DNA from: an uncultured Lentisphaerota bacterium
GTDB taxonomy: Bacteria; Verrucomicrobiota; Kiritimatiellia; RFP12; UBA1067
NCBI GenBank assembly: GCA_900321255.1
Contig: ONVK01000001.1
Coordinates: forward strand, 16,907 to 80,906
Length of the DNA: 64,000 nt
Direction of reading: 5' to 3'
Of the stretch, positions 1 through 9,038 are shown one piece after another (the stretch's first letter is position 1; each line of letters begins with the position of its first letter). The notes under the pieces are model-generated. The model had not been told where the DNA came from and did not search any database. It worked only from the letters and a program-made list of their open reading frames with translations. Both the position numbers and the translations under genes were made by a program.

Positions 1-165
1 GCGGAAACAGAATCGTCGTATGGGATTGCGACGAGGGCTCGTCTCCGAAAATAGGGGACATTGTCAGAGTGTCGATAACTGAGGCGCATCCCCAGATTTT
101 GCTTGGCAAAATCTCCCCCTTGCGCAACGGCACCGATTTTTGATATACTATGCGCACTTGATCGT

Positions 166-240
166 TCGGGCGTGGCGCAGTGGTAGCGCAGTTGACTGTT
201 AATCAATTGGTCGCTGGTTCGAATCCAGCCGCCCGAGCCA
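166..240 (+). tRNA. tRNA-Asn (anticodon GTT)
   Basis: Cloverleaf read by eye: acceptor TCGGGCG/CGCCCGA, D-arm GCGC/AGTGGTAGCGC, anticodon loop CTGTTAA, T-arm GGTTCGAATCC, encoded CCA. Confidence 0.85.
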
Positions 241-265
241 ATTCTCCCTGATGAAGCTTTTAGAT

Positions 266-615
266 GGGGGTGATCCGGTTTCGACGGGACGCGTTGAGGT
301 CGGGTTGCGCGTCGTGGATCCTCGTTGGCCACGTAAAAAACGAGGAAAAAAAGTAATTGCGAACAACGATTACGCTCTCGCCGCCTAATTAACGGCCGCG
401 ATGTCGAAGCGCCGATGTCTGCTGAGCGCCGAGGCATAATTTAGCAGGCCACGCTGCAGGGCTCTCCGCTCGGGCGCTGCAGGGTGCCGAACCGAACGGA
501 TGGAAGGGGATAAGCCCGGACGTCGGCGTACTCCTTCCGAGACCAAAGGCGCCATACACGCGTAGAAGCTCGGTTGATTCCGTTTCGGACAGGGGTTCGA
601 CTCCCCTCACCTCCA
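266..615 (+). ncRNA. ssrA: tmRNA (ssrA), tag peptide ANNDYALAA
   Basis: 5' end GGGGGTGATCCGGTTTCGACGGG matches the tmRNA tRNA-like domain. Internal reading frame gcg aac aac gat tac gct ctc gcc gcc taa at about 358-387. 3' T-arm GGGGTTCGACTCCCC plus acceptor CACCTCC pairing with the 5' end. Six-frame ORFs 389..610 and 441..668 overlapping it are spurious. Confidence 0.85.
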
Positions 616-661
616 GAATAGTGAACGGGTAATAGTGAACAGTGAATAAAAGGAGGCATAC

Positions 662-871
662 ATGACAAAGATCCTGCTCAAAAGGGTTCTGCCGTCCGTC
701 GTCGGACTGGTGCTTGTGGTTCCGGGCGCACTGTGGCTCTACGGCTACATCGGCGTGAAGGCCGGCTGGGTCGGCCCGACCGATGTCCCCGGGCTAAACG
801 CGGTCTCGCGCAGCGGCGCTGATGCGGCCGGCGGCGTGACCGGGGCGACCAAGGCGAAACTCGGCCTCTGA
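662..871 (+). CDS. small hydrophobic (membrane) protein, hypothetical
   Basis: 69-aa ORF with a strong AGGAGG Shine-Dalgarno 7 nt upstream and a hydrophobic N-terminus VLPSVVGLVLVVPGALWLYGYI. Confidence 0.45.
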   Translation: MTKILLKRVLPSVVGLVLVVPGALWLYGYIGVKAGWVGPTDVPGLNAVSRSGADAAGGVTGATKAKLGL

Positions 872-879
872 CAATCGGC

Positions 880-1413
880 ATGAGAGCGGTGAAAAGACTG
901 TTCGCGGCGGCGCTGCTGGCGCTTTCGCCGCTGGGGCTCTTTGCGCATGACGACGCGTCGTCCGTCGCAATACGGCCCGCCGCGCCGGCGGCAGTGGCGA
1001 CGAATGCGTCGTCCCATGCCGTCAGGATCGTAGTCACCAACGTAGCTCCGCAGACGGCGGCGAAGGACGCGAAGAAGGCCGCGATAGCGGAGGACGGGTC
1101 GTATACGAGCCGCGAGCAGGTGGCGCTCTATCTCAGGACATACCGCAAGCTCCCGAAGAACTTCATGACGAAGGCGGAAGCGCGCCGGCTTGGCTGGGTC
1201 GGCGGTCCCCTTGAGCCTTTCGCCCCCGGGAAGTCCATTGGCGGTGACCATTTCGGGAACTACGAGCGAAAGCTTCCGTTCGGGCGATACAGGGAGTGCG
1301 ACATCGACACGCGTGGTCGTCCGCGCGGCTCCAAGCGGATAATCTACACAGAGGATGCGAAGCGCATCTACTACACAGACGACCACTACAGGACATTCCA
1401 GGGGGTGCCATGA
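880..1413 (+). CDS. secreted barnase-family guanyl-specific ribonuclease
   Basis: N-terminal signal peptide LFAAALLALSPLGLFA. The C-terminal 110 aa align to Bacillus barnase: YLRTYRKLPKNFMTKAEARRLGWV, APGKSIGGDHFGN.ERKLP, RECDID (catalytic Glu) and DDHYRTF (catalytic His). Confidence 0.85.
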   Translation: MRAVKRLFAAALLALSPLGLFAHDDASSVAIRPAAPAAVATNASSHAVRIVVTNVAPQTAAKDAKKAAIAEDGSYTSREQVALYLRTYRKLPKNFMTKAEARRLGWVGGPLEPFAPGKSIGGDHFGNYERKLPFGRYRECDIDTRGRPRGSKRIIYTEDAKRIYYTDDHYRTFQGVP

Positions 1414-1664
1414 AGAAGAGGGAATACAGGATTGACCTCGGTGGCGTGAGGAGCGCGAGGGCGCTTCACGCACGACTTGACGGGAAGCTGCCGTTTCCCG
1501 AGGGATACGGGCGCAATCTCGACGCGCTGTACGATTTCCTCACGGAGTACGGCCCGCGGCTGCGTATAGTGTTCGAGAACGCGAAAGGAGCGCCGGCGTC
1601 TCTGAAGAGGCTGTGCGCCGACGCCGTGGCGGGAACGCCTGGGCTCGAAATCGTCTTCGCATAG
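1410..1664 (+). CDS. barstar-like ribonuclease inhibitor
   Basis: 85-aa ORF whose ATG overlaps the barnase TGA (ATGA). The motif FPEGYGRNLDALYDFLT matches barstar LPEYYGENLDALWDCLT. The track ORF 1296..1664 is this frame extended upstream. Confidence 0.8.
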   Translation: MKKREYRIDLGGVRSARALHARLDGKLPFPEGYGRNLDALYDFLTEYGPRLRIVFENAKGAPASLKRLCADAVAGTPGLEIVFA

Positions 1665-1716
1665 AGCCCGGTCGGCGGCGCGGGGCGGGGTTCGTCGCAT
1701 GGCGGTCCTTCGGCAG

Positions 1717-1746
1717 TTGCCGAGAGACCGTCCATAATGGTATAAT
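1717..1746 (+). promoter_or_regulatory. sigma70-type promoter (-35 TTGCCG, extended -10 TGGTATAAT)
   Basis: AT-rich TGGTATAAT at about 1738-1746 in a GC-rich background, with TTGCCG 18 bp upstream. The dCMP deaminase ATG lies 10 nt after the -10, implying a near-leaderless mRNA. Confidence 0.5.
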
Positions 1747-1755
1747 ATCAAACCA

Positions 1756-2238
1756 ATGGCCAAAAAGATCAAAGATCCGCGTCCAAGTTGGGACGAGTAC
1801 TTCATGGAGATCGCGACGGTCGTCTCGAAGCGCAGCAACTGCATGCGCAGGAGCGTCGGCGCGGTCGTGATGAAGGACAACCACATCCTCTCAACCGGCT
1901 ACAACGGCACTCCGCGCGGCGTCAAGAACTGCTTCGCCGGCGGCTGCCCGCGCTGCGCGGCAACGACGAAAAGCGGGACCCATCTCGAGGAATGCCTCTG
2001 CACCCACGCCGAGCAGAACGCGATCTGCCAGGCCGCCTACTATGGCAACTCCATCGCTGGCGGCACGATCTACATCACGATTTCTCCTTGCCTCACCTGC
2101 GCGAAGCTAATCATCAACTCCGGCATAAAGGAGGTTGTCTATGGCGGCGACTACGCCTTCATCGACAAGGTGAAGGAGATGTTCAAGGCGGCCGGGGTGA
2201 AGCACAGGAAGTTTAAAGTTCAAAGTTTAAAGTTATAA
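1756..2238 (+). CDS. comEB: deoxycytidylate (dCMP) deaminase
   Basis: CMP/dCMP deaminase zinc motifs CTHAEQNA and PCLTCAKLI, and N-terminal RPSWDEYFM typical of dCMP deaminase. Confidence 0.85.
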   Translation: MAKKIKDPRPSWDEYFMEIATVVSKRSNCMRRSVGAVVMKDNHILSTGYNGTPRGVKNCFAGGCPRCAATTKSGTHLEECLCTHAEQNAICQAAYYGNSIAGGTIYITISPCLTCAKLIINSGIKEVVYGGDYAFIDKVKEMFKAAGVKHRKFKVQSLKL

Positions 2239-2272
2239 GTTCAAGGTTTCTAAAACAGGAGTAACAGATACA

Positions 2273-3028
<756 letters not shown>

Positions 3029-3095
3029 GGCAAGTTTAAAATGTAAAGTGTAAAGTGTAAAACTGGTGAAATCCTTTAAGTGCTGGACTTGCAAG

Positions 3096-3713
3096 ATGAA
3101 ATTCAGAACTTCTTCCTTCAGGGCGTTTTACGTTTTACACTTTTCACTTTACGCTCTCTTCCTCGCGGGCTGCTTTGACGAGCCAGAGCCCGCGTACAAG
3201 TCGGTTCCGGAAGGCGCGCGCGTATATCTCAAGGACATGGGGCTCGCAGACCTTAAGGGGCAGTCGTTCGACGCCTCGAAGGTCGACTACCTGAACCTTG
3301 ACCGCAACGCGCTCACGAACGTCGACGAAGTGGCGTCGCTCGCGGGGCTCAAGTGGCTTCGGCTCAACTCGAACCAGCTTTCGGCGCTTCCGTCGCTTGG
3401 CGAGCTAAAGTCGCTTCGCCGCATCTACCTCAGGGACAACAAGTTCACCGAGGTGCCGGAGACGCTGAAGGACCTTCCCGCGCTTACGGACATCGACCTT
3501 TCCGGGAACCCGGTTTCGGAAATCCCCGAGTGGCTTGCGAAGAAGGAAGGGCTTCAGTTCCTCTCCTTCTCACGCACGAAGATTTCGAAGCTGCCTGACG
3601 ATCTTTCCGCATGGAAACGCCTGAAGGCGCTCCAGCTCGGCGATCTCCAGATGACTCCCGAGGAGATGTCGCGGATCCGAAAGGCGCTTCCAGATGTCGC
3701 TGTCGTCTTCTGA
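3096..3713 (+). CDS. leucine-rich-repeat lipoprotein
   Basis: Lipoprotein signal MKFRTSSFRAFYVLHFSLYALFLAGC (lipobox LAGC), followed by LRR units LxxLxLxxNxL such as LKWLRLNSNQLSALPSL and LRRIYLRDNKFTEVP. The track ORF starts at GTG 3066; ATG 3096 is preferred. Confidence 0.6.
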   Translation: MKFRTSSFRAFYVLHFSLYALFLAGCFDEPEPAYKSVPEGARVYLKDMGLADLKGQSFDASKVDYLNLDRNALTNVDEVASLAGLKWLRLNSNQLSALPSLGELKSLRRIYLRDNKFTEVPETLKDLPALTDIDLSGNPVSEIPEWLAKKEGLQFLSFSRTKISKLPDDLSAWKRLKALQLGDLQMTPEEMSRIRKALPDVAVVF

Positions 3714-5094
3714 GACGAAGGAGCTGGCGTCCGGCAAGATCGGGCGCCTTCTTTTCAGATACTCGTGGCCCGCGCTGGTCGCGATGGCGCTCAACTCGTT
3801 CTACACCGTCGTCGACCGCGCGTTTATAGGCCACGGCTGCGGCGTCGACGCGATGGCGGGACTTCAGCTCGCGATGCCGGTCGTGATGTTCCTCACGGCG
3901 TTCGGCCCGCTCATAGGCGTTGGACACGCGTCTGTGCTGTCGATCAAGCTCGGCGCGGGCGATCGCATAGCCTGCGAAAAACTGGTTGGCGAGACGGTGG
4001 CGCTCAAGATCGCGTTCTATGCCGTCCTCATTCCGCTTCTCTACGTCTTCATCGATCCTCTGCTCGCCCTCTGCGGCGCGGGCGAGGTAACGCCGGGAGC
4101 GGCGGCCGCCGCGAAGTCGTATCTCCAGATCGTCCTCTTTTCGCATATCTTCTCGCATCTCGCGTTCGGCCTTTCCGCTCTGCACCGCGCTGAGGGAGGG
4201 GCGATCCGCTCGATGATGTGCATGATCGTCGGCTTCGGCGCGAACATCGTGCTCGATCCGATTCTCATCTTCGGCTTCGGCCTCGGCGTTGCGGGCGCGG
4301 CGTGGGCGACGAACGTCGCGATGCTGCTTTCTTGCCTCTGGGCGTTTTCATACTACTGGACTGGCCGGAGCGTCGTCAGGCTCAGGCTGCGCCGCATATG
4401 GATCTACCCGCAGCTTCTCGCGCGGACGCTCTCCATCGGCCTTGCGCCGTTTCTCCAGCAGCTTATGAGCGCGGTCATCATCGCCTCTCTCCAGATTGCG
4501 TTCACGAAGTGGATGCCCGATGAGGATGCGCGTACGGCGGAGATCGCCTCTCTCGGCGTCTTCAGCAGCGCGCTAATCCTCGTCATCATGCCGATACTCG
4601 GCTGCCAGCAGGGGCTTCAGCCGATCTTCGGGTACAACTGGGGGGCGAGGAACTTCCGCCGCGTCCTCGAAACCCTCAAGACCGGTTTCCTCGTCACGAC
4701 CGTCCTCTGCGTACTGGCGTTCGTCGTTCAGGTATTGCCGCCTTTCCCGACGTGGCTTGCGAGACTCTTCGTCGACAACGCCAACGAAGACCTTGTCGCC
4801 CTGTGTGCGCACGACCTTGCGCTTTCGAACTGCATGATCTGGACGATTTCGATCAACGTCGTCGCGACGACGTACTTCCAGTCGATCGGCAAGCCGGTTG
4901 TCGCCATCGTGCTTTCCCTTCTCCGGCAGGGGCTCGTGCTTCTCCCCATCATCTGGTTCCTTCCTCATTTTCTCGACGACAAGCCGTTCGCGATATGGCT
5001 TTCAATGCCGGTTTCCGACGTCCTCTGCCAGCTTGCTACGCTCCTGCCGCTTCTCCTGCACGCGCGTTTTCTCTCCCGTGTCAGGTCACGCTGA
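3694..5094 (+). CDS. MATE family multidrug efflux transporter
   Basis: 466 aa with 12 predicted TM segments and MATE-type N-terminal and mid-protein repeats (NSFYTVVDRAFIGH, GLQLAMPV). Confidence 0.8.
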   Translation: MSLSSSETKELASGKIGRLLFRYSWPALVAMALNSFYTVVDRAFIGHGCGVDAMAGLQLAMPVVMFLTAFGPLIGVGHASVLSIKLGAGDRIACEKLVGETVALKIAFYAVLIPLLYVFIDPLLALCGAGEVTPGAAAAAKSYLQIVLFSHIFSHLAFGLSALHRAEGGAIRSMMCMIVGFGANIVLDPILIFGFGLGVAGAAWATNVAMLLSCLWAFSYYWTGRSVVRLRLRRIWIYPQLLARTLSIGLAPFLQQLMSAVIIASLQIAFTKWMPDEDARTAEIASLGVFSSALILVIMPILGCQQGLQPIFGYNWGARNFRRVLETLKTGFLVTTVLCVLAFVVQVLPPFPTWLARLFVDNANEDLVALCAHDLALSNCMIWTISINVVATTYFQSIGKPVVAIVLSLLRQGLVLLPIIWFLPHFLDDKPFAIWLSMPVSDVLCQLATLLPLLLHARFLSRVRSR

Positions 5095-5146
5095 GAAAAA
5101 AAATTCAATTACGTAATCATCGGTTACGAAATTGGCTCGAAGGTGG

Positions 5147-5155
5147 TGCTATAAT
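5147..5155 (+). promoter_or_regulatory. putative trp leader promoter (extended -10 TGCTATAAT)
   Basis: GTGCTATAAT immediately upstream of the leader peptide ORF. No clear -35. Confidence 0.4.
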
Positions 5156-5224
5156 ATGCGGCACATGAGCAAGATCCTTACCAGCAACTTTTGGTGGTGG
5201 CACTTCGTCCGCAAGGCGTGGTGA
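5156..5224 (+). CDS. trpL: trp operon leader peptide with tandem Trp codons (MRHMSKILTSNFWWWHFVRKAW)
   Basis: Short ORF just upstream of trpE containing three consecutive TGG codons at 5192-5200 and a fourth at the last codon. An intrinsic terminator follows it. If transcription starts from the -10 at 5150-5155, the second ATG at 5165 would be a leaderless start. Confidence 0.6.
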   Translation: MRHMSKILTSNFWWWHFVRKAW

Positions 5225-5250
5225 TCGGGGTCTTTGTTCAATCCCCCCTG

Positions 5251-5296
5251 AAGGCGGCCTTGCTTCTTTGTAAGTAAGGCCGCTTTCTTTTATCTT
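5251..5296 (+). terminator. trp attenuator, intrinsic terminator
   Basis: GGCGGCCTT / AAGGCCGCC stem (5253-5261 and 5276-5283) followed by TTTCTTTTATCTT. A preceding G-run/C-run (5227-5230, 5243-5248) can form an alternative antiterminator pairing. Confidence 0.55.
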
Positions 5297-5326
5297 CAAA
5301 AATGAAATCAATCACATCATAGGAGA

Positions 5327-6724
5327 ATGCAAATGCTGAAGCAACTGACAAAAGAGGAATTCGAGCGGCGATGCGCCGGCGGAAGGCGCACGCCTGTCTT
5401 CCGCGAATATCTCGCCGACCGCGAGACGCCCGTCTCCGTGCTTACCCGCATAGTCGACGAGCCGAAGGACGTCTTTCTCCTCGAAAGCGTCTACAACGGC
5501 GAGCGCAAGGGGCGCTATTCGTACCTCGGCATCGACCCGGTCGAGACGCCCGATGCAAGGCCGTTCGCCGCCGCGCCCGAGCTCCCTTCGTTCCAGGGCG
5601 GACGCGTCGGATACTTCGCCTACGAGGCGGTGTCCGACTTCGAACCGCGCGTGCCGCGCCGCAGCGAGAAGGGGACGCCGTCCGAGGCGTTCATGACGGT
5701 CGACTCGTTTGTCGTGTTCGATGCGGTGCGCGACACGGCGGTGATCGCGAAAGTCGCGGCGAACGACGCGCCAGACGCCTACGAGCGGACGATGCGCGAG
5801 ATCGAGGCGCTCAGGGAGCGGCTTCTCTCGGCAGAGTCGATCGCGCGCTACGTCGGTAGCCGCGGCAGATCCGCCGCGCCGGCGCTTTCGGCGTTCGAGC
5901 CGGAGATGACGAAGGAGGAGTTCTGCGGAATCGTCGGGCGGTGCAAGGAGGCGATCGCCGCGGGCGAGGTCATCCAGATCGTCCCCTCGCAGAAATTCAC
6001 CGCGAAGACGGATATCCCGCCGCTCGCGCTCTACCGCGCCTTGCGGCTCGTGAATCCTTCGCCCTACAACTTCTTCCTCAGGGTCGGCGCGAAGACACTG
6101 ATCGGATCGTCGCCCGAGGAGCTGGTGCGATTGGAGAAGGGCGTCTGCTCCATCGCGCCAATCGCGGGAACGCGCCCGCGCGGCGTGACGCCGGAACTCG
6201 ACCGTGCGCTCGAGGCGGAGCTCCTCGCCGACCCGAAGGAGCGCGCCGAGCACATGATGCTCGTCGATCTCGCGCGGAACGACCTTGGCCGCGTTTCGAA
6301 GACCGGCACCGTCTCGGTGCGCGACCTTGCGCATGTCGAGCGCTATTCGCACGTGATGCACATCGTGTCGAACGTCTACGGCGAGCTTGATCCCGACAAG
6401 GCCGACGCGCTCGGGCTTTTCAAGGCGGCGTTCCCGGCGGGCACGCTCACAGGTGCGCCGAAGATCCGCGCGATGGAGCTTCTCGCCGAGTACGAAAAGT
6501 CTCCGCGCGGTGTATACGGCGGCGCGGCGGGGTACTTCAGCTACACCGGCGACATGGACTTCGCGATAGTGATCCGCACGATGGTTCTCGAGGACGGCGT
6601 TCTCACGATGCGCGCCGGCGCGGGAATCGTGGCGGACTCCGATCCCGCGAAGGAGTACCAGGAGACGATAAACAAGTCGAAGGCCGTCTTCCAGGCGGCG
6701 GAGTTCGCAAAGGAGCTTGTATGA
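5327..6724 (+). CDS. trpE: anthranilate synthase component I
   Basis: LVDLARNDLGRV and GAAGYFSYTGDMDFAIVIRT chorismate-binding motifs. AGGAG at 5321-5325; the second ATG at 5333 may be the true start. Confidence 0.95.
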   Translation: MQMLKQLTKEEFERRCAGGRRTPVFREYLADRETPVSVLTRIVDEPKDVFLLESVYNGERKGRYSYLGIDPVETPDARPFAAAPELPSFQGGRVGYFAYEAVSDFEPRVPRRSEKGTPSEAFMTVDSFVVFDAVRDTAVIAKVAANDAPDAYERTMREIEALRERLLSAESIARYVGSRGRSAAPALSAFEPEMTKEEFCGIVGRCKEAIAAGEVIQIVPSQKFTAKTDIPPLALYRALRLVNPSPYNFFLRVGAKTLIGSSPEELVRLEKGVCSIAPIAGTRPRGVTPELDRALEAELLADPKERAEHMMLVDLARNDLGRVSKTGTVSVRDLAHVERYSHVMHIVSNVYGELDPDKADALGLFKAAFPAGTLTGAPKIRAMELLAEYEKSPRGVYGGAAGYFSYTGDMDFAIVIRTMVLEDGVLTMRAGAGIVADSDPAKEYQETINKSKAVFQAAEFAKELV

Positions 6725-8280
6725 CAGTCCTCATAGACAACTACGATTCGTTCACGTACAATCTCGTTCAGGCCATCGAGTCGCTCGGGATAGACGTGAG
6801 GGTCTTCCGCAACGACAAGATCGACGTCAAGGGCATCGAGGCCCTGAAGCCCGACTATCTCGTGATATCGCCAGGCCCAGGCAACCCCGACACGGCCGGC
6901 GTCTCGCTCGCCGCGGTCAAGGCGTTCGCGGGGAAGGTGCCGATCCTCGGCGTCTGCCTCGGTCACCAGACGATTGCGCAGGCGTTCGGCGGGCGGATCG
7001 TCCGCGCGAAGTCGCTTATGCACGGCAAGACGAGCCGCATACGCCACGACGGGAAGGGCGTCTTCGAGGGGCTTCTCCAGGGATTCGAGGCGATGCGCTA
7101 CCATTCGCTCGCCGTTGAGCGTTCGACTTTGCCTGAATGCCTCGAGGTCTCCGCGGAGGCGCCGGACGGCGAGATCATGGCCCTTCGCCACAGGGCTCTT
7201 CCGATAGAGTCGGTGCAGTACCACCCCGAGTCGATAGGCACGCCCGAGGGAATCGGGCAGCTGAGGAACTTCTTCGGGCTCAAGTCGAGGAGGGAGTCTC
7301 CCGCGGAGACCGTCGCCTACCACGAATTCCGCGGCATCCTCCGCGGCGACTACTCGGAGCGTGAGCTCTTCGCGCTACTCACCGACAGTCGCGAGCGTCC
7401 CGTTTCCACGGCGCGTCTCGTGGGCGCTGCGCGGGCAATGCGCGACGCGATGGGCCGCGTCGATCTCGGCTGCGACGATGCCGTCGATCTCGTCGGAACC
7501 GGCGGAGACGGGCGGCATACGATAAACATCTCCACTACCGCCGCGTTCGTCGCCGCGGGGGCGGGCGTGAAGATCGCCAAGCACGGCAATGTGGCGGCGA
7601 CGTCGAAATGCGGCGCGGCCGACGTGCTGCGCGAGCTCGGCGTCGATCTCAGCCTCCCGCCCGACGGCGTCCGCAGGTGCTTCGACGAGACGGGGATGGC
7701 GTTTCTCTTCGCCCAGCGCTACCACCCGGGCATGCGCTTCGCGGCGAACGTGCGCAGGCAGCTCGGCTTCAAGACGCTTTTCAACCTGCTCGGGCCGATC
7801 ACCAACCCCGCGGGCGTGAGCCGCCAGGCGATAGGCGTGTACGATCCAAAGCTCGTGCCGGTGGTCGCGGAGGCTCTCAAGGAGCTCGGCAGCGTGCGCG
7901 CGCTCGTCTTCTCCGGGACGGAGGGAATGGACGAAGTCGCGCCGGTCGGGTTCACCCTCGTGTCGGAGCTGAAGGAGGGCAGCATCTCCACCGGGCTTTT
8001 CAACGCCGACGCGCTTGTCCACGGGGAAAATCGCGGAGTCGAGGACCTTGCAGGCGGAGACGCGGCCGAGAACGCCGCGGTCCTTCGCGGGATTCTCTCC
8101 GGCGAGATAGGCGGCGTCAGGCGCGATGCCGTTCTCGTCAACGCGGCCGCTGCGATCGTCGCAGGCGGGAAGGCGGAGACGATGGAGGAGGGCTACAAAC
8201 TTGCCTGCGAGTCGATCGACTCGGGGCGTGCGGCCGAAAAACTAAAGGAGTTCGTGAAATGCACTTCAAGGATGCACTGA
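6721..8280 (+). CDS. trpGD: bifunctional anthranilate synthase component II (glutamine amidotransferase) / anthranilate phosphoribosyltransferase
   Basis: N-terminal GATase domain (MTVLIDNYDSFTYNLVQ, GVCLGHQ, HPES) fused to a TrpD domain (GTGGDG, NISTTAAFVAAGAG). ATGA overlap with trpE. Confidence 0.9.
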   Translation: MTVLIDNYDSFTYNLVQAIESLGIDVRVFRNDKIDVKGIEALKPDYLVISPGPGNPDTAGVSLAAVKAFAGKVPILGVCLGHQTIAQAFGGRIVRAKSLMHGKTSRIRHDGKGVFEGLLQGFEAMRYHSLAVERSTLPECLEVSAEAPDGEIMALRHRALPIESVQYHPESIGTPEGIGQLRNFFGLKSRRESPAETVAYHEFRGILRGDYSERELFALLTDSRERPVSTARLVGAARAMRDAMGRVDLGCDDAVDLVGTGGDGRHTINISTTAAFVAAGAGVKIAKHGNVAATSKCGAADVLRELGVDLSLPPDGVRRCFDETGMAFLFAQRYHPGMRFAANVRRQLGFKTLFNLLGPITNPAGVSRQAIGVYDPKLVPVVAEALKELGSVRALVFSGTEGMDEVAPVGFTLVSELKEGSISTGLFNADALVHGENRGVEDLAGGDAAENAAVLRGILSGEIGGVRRDAVLVNAAAAIVAGGKAETMEEGYKLACESIDSGRAAEKLKEFVKCTSRMH

Positions 8281-8924
8281 AGAGGGATGGAGTAAACATC
8301 ATCGCCGAGTTCAAGCGCGCGTCGCCGTCGCTTGGCGACATAGACGTCGCGGCCGATCCGGTCGCAAAGGCGAAGATATACGAATCGGGCGGAGCGGCCG
8401 CGATGTCGGTCCTCTGCGACGCCGCGCGGTTCAAGGGAAGCGTCGAGGACCTGCGGCGCGTCGCCGCGTCGGGCGCGAAGATCCCGCTTCTCGCCAAGGA
8501 CTTCATCTCGGAGAAGGAGCGTCTCCGCGAGGCGAAGGACGCGGGCGCGAGTGCGGCCCTGCTGATCGTGCGCTACCTTGACGACGAGAAGCTTTCAGAG
8601 CTTCTTGCCGAGGCGCGCTCGCTCGGGCTTGACGCGCTTGTCGAGACGCACAGCGAGGAGGAGATAAAGAGGGCGGTCGCAGTCGGCGCTGACATCATCG
8701 GCGTCAACTGCCGCGACCTTTCCAACTTCACGGTGGACGTGTCGATATCGGAGCGGCTGCTAAAGGCGATTCCGGACGGAATCGTCAAGGTCGCAGAGAG
8801 CGGCATCAAGACGAACGCCGACATCGCGCGGCTCAGGGCGGCGGGCGCGAACGCGTTCCTTATAGGAACTGCGCTTATGAAATCGCAAGACCCGGCAAAA
8901 CTGTTGTCGATTTTAACCATGTAG
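8259..8924 (+). CDS. trpC: indole-3-glycerol phosphate synthase (short form)
   Basis: NIIAEFKRASPS.G, LCDAARFKGS, and the IGVNCRDL and LIGTALMK motifs. Starts at an ATG inside the trpGD 3' end (22-nt overlap). The track ORF 7608..8924 is the same frame over-extended. Confidence 0.85.
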   Translation: MHFKDALKRDGVNIIAEFKRASPSLGDIDVAADPVAKAKIYESGGAAAMSVLCDAARFKGSVEDLRRVAASGAKIPLLAKDFISEKERLREAKDAGASAALLIVRYLDDEKLSELLAEARSLGLDALVETHSEEEIKRAVAVGADIIGVNCRDLSNFTVDVSISERLLKAIPDGIVKVAESGIKTNADIARLRAAGANAFLIGTALMKSQDPAKLLSILTM

Positions 8925-9038
8925 AACGTGTAGATCGTGTAGAAATCCTGCATGTTTCTACACGTTCTACACGGCTAATTATCTTCGACAAGAGGATTTC
9001 AATTACGACACTATTTTAAAATCGAAACGATCACAATC

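Noticed and set aside
389-668. Two overlapping minus-strand ORFs (73 and 75 aa)
   Set aside because: They lie entirely within the tmRNA gene.
1670-1700. Candidate attR repeat of the tmRNA 3' end (GGGGTTCG)
   Set aside because: Only an 8-mer matches, which is insufficient to call an integration site.
7608-8924. 438-aa ORF spanning the trpGD 3' half and trpC
   Set aside because: Only the last 221 codons (from ATG 8259) have TrpC similarity. The upstream part is an alternate frame of trpGD with junk composition.
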